64,000 nt of DNA, from positions 60,258 to 124,257 of the forward strand of contig JACWER010000002.1 of the NCBI GenBank assembly GCA_014653385.1, read 5' to 3'. The notes beneath the pieces are model-generated. The model was not told the origin of the DNA, did no database searches, and saw nothing but the letters and a program-made list of their open reading frames with translations. This document shows, in pieces, positions 50,229-60,405 of the stretch. The translations under genes were made by a program, and so were the position numbers. Numbering within the stretch: the stretch's first letter is position 1; each line of letters begins with the position of its first letter. This stretch comes from Pelagibacterales bacterium SAG-MED50 (GTDB lineage: Bacteria > Pseudomonadota > Alphaproteobacteria > Pelagibacterales > Pelagibacteraceae).

Positions 50229-51220
50229 TAAATTTTTTCATCAAATAATTCTTTATCATTAATTTGAGACTCAAATTCTCTTAATCTTTTATAAACACTA
50301 GCTAATTCAATTATCGTTGGCCAAGATTTTAAAAGATATTGCATAGAACCTTCTACCCTACCAAAAGCTCTAATAATTTGCTGCATAACACCTAAAGTTA
50401 CTACTCCTGCTACAATAGCAGGTGCTAAAAATACATATGCCGACAATACATTTGCCTGCAAATATGCCATTCTACCAATATTGAAGTATAAATAACGCAC
50501 ATAACTCAAAAAATGAATTGAACGAACATCTAAAAACAACTCATTAATTGTTTTAGGCCTTACATTTTCATCATCTTCAGCTATTACTAATATTTTTCTA
50601 TATGCTGCTTCTTTTTTTTGAAGATCATACTCAACTCCAACTAACCTCAACAACCAACCCAGTCCAATTAAAAATATTGTTCCACCAAGTGTCCAAAGTA
50701 AAGCTCCTGTTATTAATCCATATTGCCAATCTCCAAAAAAGAAAATCGGAATACCAATGGATAATCCAAGCAAAATTGGAACAAACTGAAAAAGAACCAT
50801 CACTGATTCAATAAAACTAGTACCCAAACCTTCCATAATTCGTGTAAATTTAATTGTATCTTCTTGAACCCTTTGTGATGCACCCTCTATTTTAGAAGCT
50901 TTATCATAAACACTATGATACCATTCTACCATAGCCGTTCTCCATCTAAAAAGATAGTGAGCTGTAAAAAAACTAATAGCAACATAAAGAGCTATATACA
51001 TTCCAGCCAAAGTAATAAATGAGGCTAAACTTGACCAATATTCTTCTATTGTAATCGCATTAGGTGTAGCCAGAGCTTTTTGTATCATGTCATAAAAAAC
51101 ACCAAACCACTCGTTAATTTTTACATCAATTTTAACTTGAACCCATAAAGATAACAAAATAATTAGAGATCCTAACCAAGACCAAACAAACCATTTTCTT
51201 ATTTTAAAAAATCTAAACAT
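50228..51220 (-). CDS. sbmA: SbmA/BacA-like peptide transporter
   Basis: INEWFGVFYD, FRWRTAM, IEGASQRVQED, SWPTIIELASVYKRLREFE. Confidence 0.9.
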   Translation of the reverse strand: MFRFFKIRKWFVWSWLGSLIILLSLWVQVKIDVKINEWFGVFYDMIQKALATPNAITIEEYWSSLASFITLAGMYIALYVAISFFTAHYLFRWRTAMVEWYHSVYDKASKIEGASQRVQEDTIKFTRIMEGLGTSFIESVMVLFQFVPILLGLSIGIPIFFFGDWQYGLITGALLWTLGGTIFLIGLGWLLRLVGVEYDLQKKEAAYRKILVIAEDDENVRPKTINELFLDVRSIHFLSYVRYLYFNIGRMAYLQANVLSAYVFLAPAIVAGVVTLGVMQQIIRAFGRVEGSMQYLLKSWPTIIELASVYKRLREFESQINDKELFDEKI

Positions 51221-51223
51221 TTA

Positions 51224-51505
51224 TTATTTTAAAAAATTATCTGCATAAGATTTTTTTACAGTCCTTCTTTTTTTTGGTTCAATTAAATCAAAATCAATTT
51301 TTTTCTTCTTTGCATAATTTATTGCCAATTCTTTTGATGAAAATTCTAATTTTAATTCAGTTAAAGTATCAGAAGAGCTTTCCCAACCCATTAATGGGTT
51401 TCTTGTTGGGTCTTTAGCAATAAATTCTAGAATCCATTTATTGCTTTTTGCAGCACCTGACTGCATAGGGTTCTTGTTAGGTATATAAATTATTGCTTTA
51501 CTCAT
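51224..51505 (-). CDS. ETC complex I subunit (NDUFS4-like)
   Basis: MQSG, NPLMGWESSSD, KSYADNF. Confidence 0.92.
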   Translation of the reverse strand: MSKAIIYIPNKNPMQSGAAKSNKWILEFIAKDPTRNPLMGWESSSDTLTELKLEFSSKELAINYAKKKKIDFDLIEPKKRRTVKKSYADNFLK

Positions 51506-51511
51506 AATAGC

Positions 51512-51588
<77 letters not shown>

Positions 51589-51682
51589 ATCCGTGTACTA
51601 ATACAGTAGTTATTGATAATTTCAAAGTATAAAGATATCAAAATTAAAAGAATTTTAATAAAAATCTGATATATATCGAAGC

Positions 51683-52183
51683 ATGATTATCACTTGTCCC
51701 AATTGTAAGAAAAAATTTAATATTGACCTTACTCTAATACCTGAAGATGGAAGAGATTTAAAATGTGGATCGTGTGATCACGTTTGGTTTTATAAAGTCG
51801 AAGATGAGAACTCAAAGCCTCTAACACTTAATGAAAATAATGATAATAATGAAATTAAACCTAATGAAGTTGAAATAGAAAGTGATGATGAAGCTAAAAA
51901 AAAACAACCTTTATCAAAAAAAATAATTGAAAAAGAAGAGGTAAAAAATACAAAAAAATTTCTAGAAAAAAAAAAAACAATATCTAAAGATAAGTCTAAA
52001 AATACTGGGGGTAAATTTTTTTCTTATTTAATTGTATTTATAATAACTTTTGTAGCATTAATTATTTTACTTGATACACTAAAAACTCCACTAATTAATG
52101 TGTTTCCTGCAATAGAAATTATACTATTTAACCTTTTTGAAACATTGCAAGATATAAAACTATTTATTATAGACCTAATTTAA
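51683..52183 (+). CDS. MJ0042-type zinc-ribbon membrane protein
   Basis: MIITCPNC...KCGSCDHVW, charged linker, C-terminal TM. Confidence 0.85.
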   Translation: MIITCPNCKKKFNIDLTLIPEDGRDLKCGSCDHVWFYKVEDENSKPLTLNENNDNNEIKPNEVEIESDDEAKKKQPLSKKIIEKEEVKNTKKFLEKKKTISKDKSKNTGGKFFSYLIVFIITFVALIILLDTLKTPLINVFPAIEIILFNLFETLQDIKLFIIDLI

Positions 52184-52188
52184 TTTTA

Positions 52189-53370
52189 ATGATTAATTAT
52201 ATTTCTAAACCTTTTAGATGGTTCTTTAAATTAGAAGCTGCAAGTGGTCTTGTACTATTTTTTGCTGCAATAATTGCATTATTTATAAGTAATTCTGAGC
52301 TAGCAGATTTATATTTTGCTACTCTAAATAAATATTTATTCATAGGAATTAATAATTTTGGATTAAAATTATCTGTGTTACATTGGATTAATGATGCCTT
52401 AATGGCAATTTTCTTTTTTTTCGTTACTTTAGAAATTAAAAGAGAATTTTTACAAGGAGAGCTTTCAAATATAAAGCAAGCTTTATTGCCAATAATAGCT
52501 GCTGTAGGAGGAATGTTAGTTCCTGCATTATTTTACGTTTTCGTAAATTTAGGTGATAGTGAAACCTTAAATGGATGGGCTATTCCATCAGCTACTGATA
52601 TTGCTTTTTCATTAGGAGTTTTATCTTTGTTGGGTAAAAGAGTTCCATTATCATTAAAAGTATTTTTAACTGCATTAGCTATAATTGATGATTTAGGAGC
52701 GATAGTAATTATTGCCCTGTTCTACTCCGGAGATTTGAGTATTAAGTATTTAACTTTAATGTTATTAGCTTTTATTGCTTTATTGTTAATTAACAAATTT
52801 AATATTAAAAAGTTTCTACCTTATTTGGTTGTTGGACTTTTCCTTTGGGATTTTACACATAATTCTGGTATCCATGCTACTATTGCAGGTGTTTTGTTAG
52901 CTATGACAATTCCTCATAGAACAAAAGAAAAAGATTTTTCTTTGTTAATCAAAATAGAGCATTCAATTAGTCCATATGTTGCTTTTGGAATAATGCCTCT
53001 ATTTGCATTTGCAAATGCTGGCGTGTCTTTAGAGGGCTTATCTTTTGCATCTTTATTAGATAAGGTTCCCCTAGGAATCGTGCTAGGCCTATTCCTAGGT
53101 AAACAACTTGGTGTATTTATATTTTCTTATCTATCTATAAAACTTAAAGTAGCTCAGATGCCAAGCGATACAAGTTGGTACAATTTTTATGGCGTGGGAG
53201 TTCTTACTGGGATCGGTTTTACAATGAGTTTATTTGTTGGAAACTTAGCATTTGCTGAAAATATGCAATATATGGATGGTGTAAAAATAGGAGTATTAAC
53301 TGGATCATTGTTATCCACTTTATTTGGTTATTTTTTAATATTACTTACCCCAAATAAACCTGGTAAATGA
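52189..53370 (+). CDS. nhaA: Na+/H+ antiporter NhaA
   Basis: WINDALMA, ATDIAF, LAIIDDLG, GIGFTMSLF. Confidence 0.97.
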   Translation: MINYISKPFRWFFKLEAASGLVLFFAAIIALFISNSELADLYFATLNKYLFIGINNFGLKLSVLHWINDALMAIFFFFVTLEIKREFLQGELSNIKQALLPIIAAVGGMLVPALFYVFVNLGDSETLNGWAIPSATDIAFSLGVLSLLGKRVPLSLKVFLTALAIIDDLGAIVIIALFYSGDLSIKYLTLMLLAFIALLLINKFNIKKFLPYLVVGLFLWDFTHNSGIHATIAGVLLAMTIPHRTKEKDFSLLIKIEHSISPYVAFGIMPLFAFANAGVSLEGLSFASLLDKVPLGIVLGLFLGKQLGVFIFSYLSIKLKVAQMPSDTSWYNFYGVGVLTGIGFTMSLFVGNLAFAENMQYMDGVKIGVLTGSLLSTLFGYFLILLTPNKPGK

Positions 53371-53909
53371 GAAAAGTAATATTTCTATTATCTATATTTA
53401 TGTTATTTTTTAAAACTTCAGGATCTGCAAACTACGAAAAAAAAATTTATGATTTCAATATAGAGAGTATAACTGGTGAGACAATTAATTTTAAAGAATA
53501 CAAAAATAAAGTTATTTTAGTTGTGAATACAGCAAGTTATTGTGGGTTTACCAAACAATATGATGAATTACAGGAATTATGGGACTTGTATAAAAAAAAA
53601 GGTTTGATTGTTCTTGGTGTTCCATCTAATTCATTTAATCAAGAAAAAAATAACAATGCTGATGTTAAAGAATTTTGTGAAGTAAATTTTAACATTAACT
53701 TTCCACTAGCAACTATAACTGAGGTTAAAGGTAAAAACGCTCATGAAGTTTTTAAATGGGCAAAAGAAAATCATGGTAAATCGGCTGAACCTAAATGGAA
53801 TTTTCATAAAATTTTAATTAATAAGGAAGGAAAAGTTGAAGATACATTTGCATCTTTTACAAAACCGATGTCAAAAATAATGATTAAAGCTATAGAAAAT
53901 ATCTTATAA
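53367..53909 (+). CDS. Glutathione peroxidase family protein with signal peptide
   Basis: VNTASYCGFT, PSNSFNQE, PKWNFHK. Confidence 0.93.
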   Translation: MRKVIFLLSIFMLFFKTSGSANYEKKIYDFNIESITGETINFKEYKNKVILVVNTASYCGFTKQYDELQELWDLYKKKGLIVLGVPSNSFNQEKNNNADVKEFCEVNFNINFPLATITEVKGKNAHEVFKWAKENHGKSAEPKWNFHKILINKEGKVEDTFASFTKPMSKIMIKAIENIL

Positions 53910-54674
53910 GTTTACAGTTAATCCATCATATGCTGGAATAACATTTTTTGGCATCATCTTTTTAAGCACTTTATAATCTAATACTGGTGATAAATTTGTT
54001 AGAATTGCCTTTTTAGGTTTAAATTTTTTGATTACAGCTAGTGAAGTTTCTAAATTAAAATGTGATGGATGAAAATTGTACCACAAGCAATCAATAATTA
54101 AACATTCAAGATTTTTAAAATATTTATAATCTTTATTATAAATTTTACTTACATCACTTATATAAGCTAATTTTTTATTAATAATAAAGCAATTTGATTT
54201 TACTTTGCCGTGTTGAACCATAATTGATTGGATACCGACTTTTTTATTATTATTTTTTGTAAATATATTTTTCGGCAACTTATTAAGCTTTAGTGTTGCA
54301 GGATACTCTTTTGAATAACTTTTAAATATATAAGAAAATGTAGATTTAAGGTATTTAGAAGTATGTTTATCAGCATAAACATCAAGTTGTTTTCTGCTAT
54401 TTATATAAAAAGATCTCAAATCATTTATTCCATGAGTTTGATCACCATGCATATGCGAATAAAGTACTTTATTAATTCTTTTTATTTTATGTCTTAAAAG
54501 TTGTTGTCTTAGATCAGGAGATGTATCTATAAGAATATTTTCATCTGTAGTTTTAATTAATGCTGAGCATCTTGTTCTATAATTTTTTTTATTATATGGG
54601 TCGCAATTTCCAAAAAAACCATCTGGTCTTGGTACACCCATTGAACTACCGCAACCTAAAATTATAAATTTCAT
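53904..54674 (-). CDS. MBL-fold metallo-hydrolase (PhnP-like)
   Basis: LGCGSSMGVP, DTSPDLRQQ, HMHGDQTHG, AYDG; follows tatD. Confidence 0.9.
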   Translation of the reverse strand: MKFIILGCGSSMGVPRPDGFFGNCDPYNKKNYRTRCSALIKTTDENILIDTSPDLRQQLLRHKIKRINKVLYSHMHGDQTHGINDLRSFYINSRKQLDVYADKHTSKYLKSTFSYIFKSYSKEYPATLKLNKLPKNIFTKNNNKKVGIQSIMVQHGKVKSNCFIINKKLAYISDVSKIYNKDYKYFKNLECLIIDCLWYNFHPSHFNLETSLAVIKKFKPKKAILTNLSPVLDYKVLKKMMPKNVIPAYDGLTVNL

Positions 54675-54678
54675 AATT

Positions 54679-55440
54679 TTAATTAAAAAAAAGTTTATTA
54701 AAGTTATCTGTAGTTTTTCTAATAAGATCTTCTTTGGATATATTTTTAATCTCTGCTAATTTTGCAGCAGTAAAATCAATGAATGATGGTTCATTTTTTT
54801 TACCTCTTTTAGGTACAGGTGCTAAAAAAGGACTATCAGTCTCAATTAAAATATTATCCATTGGAATAGTTCTAAAAGTTTCTTGTAAATCCAATGAGTT
54901 TTTAAAAGTAATAATACCACTTGCTGAAAAGAATGAATTTAAAGTTATCAATTTCTCAGAAAATTCTTTTGACCCTGTGAAGCAATGCATAAGAATCTTA
55001 ATTTTCTCATTTTTATATTCATTTAAAATTTCAAAAGTTTCTTTTTCAGCATTTCTTGAATGAACAATTAATGGGATATTTGTTTGAATGGATGCCTCTA
55101 TATGTTCTTGAAAACTTGTTATCTGTTTGTCTTTTTCACTATTATTGTAATAAAAATCCAACCCTGTTTCGCCAATTCCAATAATTTTTGAATTTTCACT
55201 CAGACTATCAATTATCTGTTTTGAAGTTATTATATTAGTTGAGCTTTCGTGAGGATGAATTCCAATAGTTCCATAGATCATCTCGTCTCGTTTGATTAAT
55301 TCTTTAACTCTGGAAAAACTTTCAAAAGATGTTGATATAGTTAATAATTTTTCTATACCTACTTCTTTAGATCTTTGCAGTACATTAGATAGGTCGCTAA
55401 TTAATGGTTCGTGATCTAGATGACAGTGTGAATCAATCAT
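54679..55440 (-). CDS. tatD: TatD family DNase
   Basis: IDSHCHL, GIHPH, GETGLD, HCF, ETDSPFL. Confidence 0.95.
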   Translation of the reverse strand: MIDSHCHLDHEPLISDLSNVLQRSKEVGIEKLLTISTSFESFSRVKELIKRDEMIYGTIGIHPHESSTNIITSKQIIDSLSENSKIIGIGETGLDFYYNNSEKDKQITSFQEHIEASIQTNIPLIVHSRNAEKETFEILNEYKNEKIKILMHCFTGSKEFSEKLITLNSFFSASGIITFKNSLDLQETFRTIPMDNILIETDSPFLAPVPKRGKKNEPSFIDFTAAKLAEIKNISKEDLIRKTTDNFNKLFFN

Positions 55441-56974
55441 TATTTTTCTCTATTTTTTTAAAAAGTATATCTATTTTATTTAAGTTGTTACCTTTAGTTA
55501 AAAATTCATTATTAGTGATAGCATTTAATTTAACTTTATTTTCTTTAATATCAAAAATCTTTAGTGCCTTTAAAGAAGATGCTGGAATAATTGGATATAA
55601 TAAAAAACTTATTTTTCTAACAATTTCTAATGCAGTATAAACAATTGTATTTAATCTAAGTAGATCATCTTTCTTTTTCCATGGCTCTTGATCATTAAAA
55701 TATTTGTTAGCTTCAAAAAGAGAATTAATAATATAATCAATATAAAAATTAATATTTTGGTCATCAATTTTAGCCCTTATATTGTCTAAATTATCTTTAA
55801 ATTTATTTAATATTAATAAGTCTTCATCCTGGAACTTAATTATTGATGGAATTTTTCCATCACAATTTTTAGCTGCAAAAGCTGTTACACGTTGACATAA
55901 ATTCCCATAATTGTTAGCTAAGTCACTATTAATACAGTCTTCCAATCTTTCTTGAGAAATATTACCGTCATTTCCAAAAGAAACTTCTTTTATCAAATAG
56001 TATCTTAAAGGATCTAAACCATACTCTTTAATTATTTCAAGTGGATCAAGTATATTTCCTTTAGATTTAGACATCTTTTCTTCACCTGATAATATCCATC
56101 CATGGCCATAAACCTTCTTTGGTAAATCAATTTTTGCTGCTAACAAAAAAGCAGGCCAATATACAGCATGAAATCTTAATATATCTTTACCAATTAAATG
56201 TATTGAGGCTGGCCAAAATTTTTTAAATAAATCATCATCTGTATTAGGATAATTTAATGCACTTAAATAATTTGTAAGTGCGTCAAGCCAAACATATATC
56301 ACATGACGTTGATTATTTGGGACAGGTATTCCCCACGAAAAACTTTTTCTGCTTATTGAAAGATCTTTTAGGCCACTTTTTACAAAACTAATAACTTCAT
56401 TTTTTCTAGATACCGGAGAAATGAAATCTGGATTGGCTTCATAATAATTTAATAAAGGTTTTTCCCACTTTGAAAGTCTAAAAAAGTAGGATTCTTCTTC
56501 AATCCATTCAACAGAAGATTTTGAGGATAAAGCTATTTTTTTTCCATCTGTTTCTTCTATTTCATCTTCGCTATAGAAGGCTTCATCTGATACTGAATAC
56601 CATCCAGAATAATTGGATAAATATATATCGTCATTTTTTTCAAGTTCACTCCAAAGATGTTGGACTGTTTTTTTATGTCTTGCTTCTGTAGTTCTTATAA
56701 AATCAGTATTTGATAGATTTAAAGTGTCTGAAAGATCACGAAAAGTTTGACTAATTTGATCACAAAACATTTGAGGATCCTTACCTGCTTTTTCCGCAGA
56801 TCTTTGAATCTTTAATCCATGTTCGTCTGTACCAGTTAAAAAGTGAACATCAAAACCATCAATTCTTTTAAATCTTGCAAAAAAATCAGCAATAATACTT
56901 GAATAAGCATGTCCCATATGTGGTTTTGCAGAAGGATAATAAATCGGCGTAGTTATATAAAATTTTTTATCCAT
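55433..56974 (-). CDS. metG: Methionyl-tRNA synthetase
   Basis: ITTPIYY, HMGH, GTDEHG, GKDILRFH, KMSKS. Confidence 0.98.
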   Translation of the reverse strand: MDKKFYITTPIYYPSAKPHMGHAYSSIIADFFARFKRIDGFDVHFLTGTDEHGLKIQRSAEKAGKDPQMFCDQISQTFRDLSDTLNLSNTDFIRTTEARHKKTVQHLWSELEKNDDIYLSNYSGWYSVSDEAFYSEDEIEETDGKKIALSSKSSVEWIEEESYFFRLSKWEKPLLNYYEANPDFISPVSRKNEVISFVKSGLKDLSISRKSFSWGIPVPNNQRHVIYVWLDALTNYLSALNYPNTDDDLFKKFWPASIHLIGKDILRFHAVYWPAFLLAAKIDLPKKVYGHGWILSGEEKMSKSKGNILDPLEIIKEYGLDPLRYYLIKEVSFGNDGNISQERLEDCINSDLANNYGNLCQRVTAFAAKNCDGKIPSIIKFQDEDLLILNKFKDNLDNIRAKIDDQNINFYIDYIINSLFEANKYFNDQEPWKKKDDLLRLNTIVYTALEIVRKISFLLYPIIPASSLKALKIFDIKENKVKLNAITNNEFLTKGNNLNKIDILFKKIEKNND

Positions 56975-57896
56975 TTAATACTCTTTCATCGAATTCCATT
57001 AATAAAGTTTCATCATCTAAATTATAAATTTTAGTGTTATTAATTTTTTTCAAAAAGTAATTATGAATATCTATCAGTTTTGTATTTTTAATTGATATAT
57101 TTTTTCTGAAATAAATCTCAATTAAAGAATATAATAAATGTTTTATTGAAAGATCTTTTTTATATTTTTTGTCCATTATAATTTCTTTAATTAATTCTTT
57201 TAAATTAATTTCTTTTAAATCAACATCATTTTGTTTCGCAAAATTTAACAGATTTAAGATTTTACCAGGTGTACTATAACTATTTATCAGCTCTGGATTA
57301 ATTAAATTCATAAAATTATCATTTAAAATTTGATTTGTTATGTCAGAAGATTGACTTGATGATAGTTGAATTTTAAAGTTTAGACATCTAGATTTAAGTG
57401 TAGGTAAGATTTTCTTATTATTATTGATTAATATAAAATAAATATTATCGTTTGGTTCTTCAAGAATTTTTAATAATGCGTTAACTGAATTAATATTTAA
57501 TAGCTCAATATTATCAATCAGTACGAATCTAGGTTTATTATTAAAAGATGATTTATTTAAAGTTGAAATCAAATTTCTAATTTGATTTATATCTATACTT
57601 TTTTTTTCATCAATAATATCAATTGAAATAAAATTTGGATTAGATTTATTTATGATCAATTTAAAAGATTTATTTTCAGGATTAATTACAAAATTTTTTA
57701 CATCATAAGGAAGATCTTCATCCGTAGATAAAATAAAGTTAACAAGATGGTATGCCAATGTGGATTTTCCAATACCCTTTTCTCCAGATAACAATATCTT
57801 ATTTGGTAATCTTTTATCTAAATAAAGATTTTGAAAATTTTGAAAATCACTATGGTGACCAAACAAACTTAATTGATTTGAGGGGTTTAAATTCAT
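56967..57896 (-). CDS. holB: DNA polymerase III subunit delta'
   Basis: GEKGIGKST, NALLKILEEP, LPTLKSRC; tmk-holB-metG order. Confidence 0.9.
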   Translation of the reverse strand: MNLNPSNQLSLFGHHSDFQNFQNLYLDKRLPNKILLSGEKGIGKSTLAYHLVNFILSTDEDLPYDVKNFVINPENKSFKLIINKSNPNFISIDIIDEKKSIDINQIRNLISTLNKSSFNNKPRFVLIDNIELLNINSVNALLKILEEPNDNIYFILINNNKKILPTLKSRCLNFKIQLSSSQSSDITNQILNDNFMNLINPELINSYSTPGKILNLLNFAKQNDVDLKEINLKELIKEIIMDKKYKKDLSIKHLLYSLIEIYFRKNISIKNTKLIDIHNYFLKKINNTKIYNLDDETLLMEFDERVLNG

Positions 57897-58507
57897 TAAA
57901 TTAATTTTTCAATTATATTTAAAATTAATTTTTCATTTTTTTTAATTTCTAAATTTGAATTTATTAATTTATATTTATTTCTTTTTAGCTTTGACAATTT
58001 TATAAATCCATTTTGAACTTTGTTATAAAAAGTCATATTAAATCTATCATATCTGTTAAGTGATTTTCTTTTTTTTAATCTTTCGTATAAATTGTTTCTA
58101 TTGACTATATTTAGGAAAGTAAAATCTACTTTAATATTATTAAGTAAATACTTATTTAAAGATTTTATTAGATTAATACTTACACCCATACCATAATGCT
58201 GATATGCTATTGTTGAATCTGTAAACCTATCGATAAGTATAACTTTTTTTTTATATGAACTCTTTATCAAATCTATATTTTCACTTCTTGCCGCCATATA
58301 TAAAAGCAAATCTGTATTTTTATTAAAATCAGATTTATTATTTAAGATTAACTTTCTAATTTTTTCTGAATTTACATTGCCACCAGGCTCTCTTATCTTT
58401 ATGTGGCTTATTTTTTTTTCTTTAAGATATTTAGATACTCTTGATATGTGGTGACTTTTTCCACTACCCTCAATACCCTCAAAAACTATAATTGGTTTTT
58501 TAGACAT
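57896..58507 (-). CDS. tmk: Thymidylate kinase
   Basis: FEGIEGSGKS, REPGG, DRFTDSTIAYQ. Confidence 0.96.
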   Translation of the reverse strand: MSKKPIIVFEGIEGSGKSHHISRVSKYLKEKKISHIKIREPGGNVNSEKIRKLILNNKSDFNKNTDLLLYMAARSENIDLIKSSYKKKVILIDRFTDSTIAYQHYGMGVSINLIKSLNKYLLNNIKVDFTFLNIVNRNNLYERLKKRKSLNRYDRFNMTFYNKVQNGFIKLSKLKRNKYKLINSNLEIKKNEKLILNIIEKLI

Positions 58508-59651
58508 CGCCCCAGATTAGATAATTAAGTGATTTAAGTAATCTTGAAACAAAATTTACTTTTTTAACTTCTATCGAAGCTAGCAAATCGTACTCACCAA
58601 CTATCTCATCATCATAAACAACTTTTAAAATAGCAACTTTTTCACCTTTTTGAATTGGAGCTTCTACTGGGCCTTCGTATTTGACAGATACTTTTAATAG
58701 TTTTTTTTTAGCTTTTTTTATAGTTTTATATATATCTTGATCTGTATAAACATCAATTTTATCAACTTTACCTTGCCACACATCAACTTTTTGGAATGGT
58801 TCTTTGGCTATAGAAATATTAACAAGGTCATAATTAGTTAGACCGTATGTAAGTAATTTCGTGCTTTCTTTTGATCTTGAATTTTTTGAATTAAATCCAC
58901 TGCCAACAGCTATTAATCTTCTACCATTTCTAACTATTGAAGAAGCTAATGAATATTTTTCAGCAGCTAAATAACCAGTTTTAATTCCATCGGCACCTAA
59001 ATTTTTATATAAGAGAGGATTTCTATTACCTTGGGTTATCGGATCACCACCTGTTCTATCCCAAGTAAATTTTTTTTTTGCGAACATTTTGTAAAATTCA
59101 GGATGTTTATTGATTAAATATTTAGACATTTTTAAAACATCTCTTACTGTTGAATAATTATCTGTGTCATTGATACCAGATGAATTTGCAAAATTTGTAT
59201 TTTCCATTCCGATTTCCTTAGCTTTTGTAGTCATTAAAATTGCAAACTCTTCTTCTGTGCCTGCTATACCCTCTGCTAACGCTATACATGCATCATTGCC
59301 TGAGGCAATTACTATACCTTTAAGTAAATTTTCAACAGATACCTGGTCCCCTACCATTATAAACATAGAGGAATAACCAGATGTTGATAATCTCCATGCC
59401 TTTTCAGAGATTATAAATTTTTCATCTAATTTTAAATCACCAGATTTAATTAAATCAAAGGCAATTATTGATGTCATTATTTTAGTCATAGAAGCTGGAT
59501 TGATTGAAGTATCAGCTTCTTTTTCATATAATATTTCACCTGAATAATAATCTTGTAAAATTGCAGTCCTAGCTTTTAAATCAAAATTAGCACTAGCTAA
59601 TTCTACCAAAAAAAAAGTAGTAAATATTATTAAAAATAATTTTTTATACAT
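58500..59651 (-). CDS. dacA: D-alanyl-D-alanine carboxypeptidase
   Basis: PASMTK (SxxK), SGN, KTG. Confidence 0.95.
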   Translation of the reverse strand: MYKKLFLIIFTTFFLVELASANFDLKARTAILQDYYSGEILYEKEADTSINPASMTKIMTSIIAFDLIKSGDLKLDEKFIISEKAWRLSTSGYSSMFIMVGDQVSVENLLKGIVIASGNDACIALAEGIAGTEEEFAILMTTKAKEIGMENTNFANSSGINDTDNYSTVRDVLKMSKYLINKHPEFYKMFAKKKFTWDRTGGDPITQGNRNPLLYKNLGADGIKTGYLAAEKYSLASSIVRNGRRLIAVGSGFNSKNSRSKESTKLLTYGLTNYDLVNISIAKEPFQKVDVWQGKVDKIDVYTDQDIYKTIKKAKKKLLKVSVKYEGPVEAPIQKGEKVAILKVVYDDEIVGEYDLLASIEVKKVNFVSRLLKSLNYLIWGDV

Positions 59652-60405
59652 CTTTTAAAATTTCAATATTTTCAAAATTTAATGATTTAATTTCATTAAA
59701 TATTTTTTCAAGTTTTTTTATATCATTAAAAGGTCCTAATAATACCCTATATTTTGTTTTAGATAATGTTTGGATAATAGGGTTCTTAACATTAGTTTCA
59801 CTTATAATTCTACGAGACATATTTTTGGCTGAGTCTTTATAATAAAAATCTGCAATTTTTATTGAATATGCAAAAATTCTATCTTTTGAAACTTCTTCAC
59901 TTTTTACATCATCACCTATGTTGTCGATTTTAATTCCAGCAACAGGTGCTTTTTCTGCAACTTTTTTCTCTTCATCAAAGGTCTTAGCTTTTTTAGCAAC
60001 AAAAGTTGAATTATGAGAAATTAATACTAAGTCAACATATGGCTCATTTAAATCTAGTGATAATTCTTCAACTATCCTTGAAGTAATAACGCAGTTATAG
60101 AAATCAGAAAAATCAACATTATTTGAAATAACTTCTGCTATTATTGTTTTTTGATTCATTGGATTAGTTATTTTAACAAATGAATTCTTTTTTAAATTTT
60201 TGTGAAATATAAGCAGAGATCTATTATCAATTTTTTTTGTAATTTTTTTTTCTTTTTTTAAGCTATCTGTATAAATTAAAGCAAATCCTGTGTTTGTATA
60301 CTTATCGAATAATTGTTGATTAAAAATTTTTTTATCAACATTATTTTGTTCACAACTGATTAAAAAAAAAATTGAAATTATTATTATTAAAATTTTATAA
60401 TTCAT
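59644..60405 (-). CDS. Lipoprotein with degenerate RlpA-like DPBB domain and C-terminal SPOR domain (start set at 60405)
   Basis: Lipobox LISC; HKNLKKNSFVKITNPMNQK; KYRVLLGPF; mltB-rlpA-dacA position. Confidence 0.7.
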   Translation of the reverse strand: MNYKILIIIISIFFLISCEQNNVDKKIFNQQLFDKYTNTGFALIYTDSLKKEKKITKKIDNRSLLIFHKNLKKNSFVKITNPMNQKTIIAEVISNNVDFSDFYNCVITSRIVEELSLDLNEPYVDLVLISHNSTFVAKKAKTFDEEKKVAEKAPVAGIKIDNIGDDVKSEEVSKDRIFAYSIKIADFYYKDSAKNMSRRIISETNVKNPIIQTLSKTKYRVLLGPFNDIKKLEKIFNEIKSLNFENIEILKDV

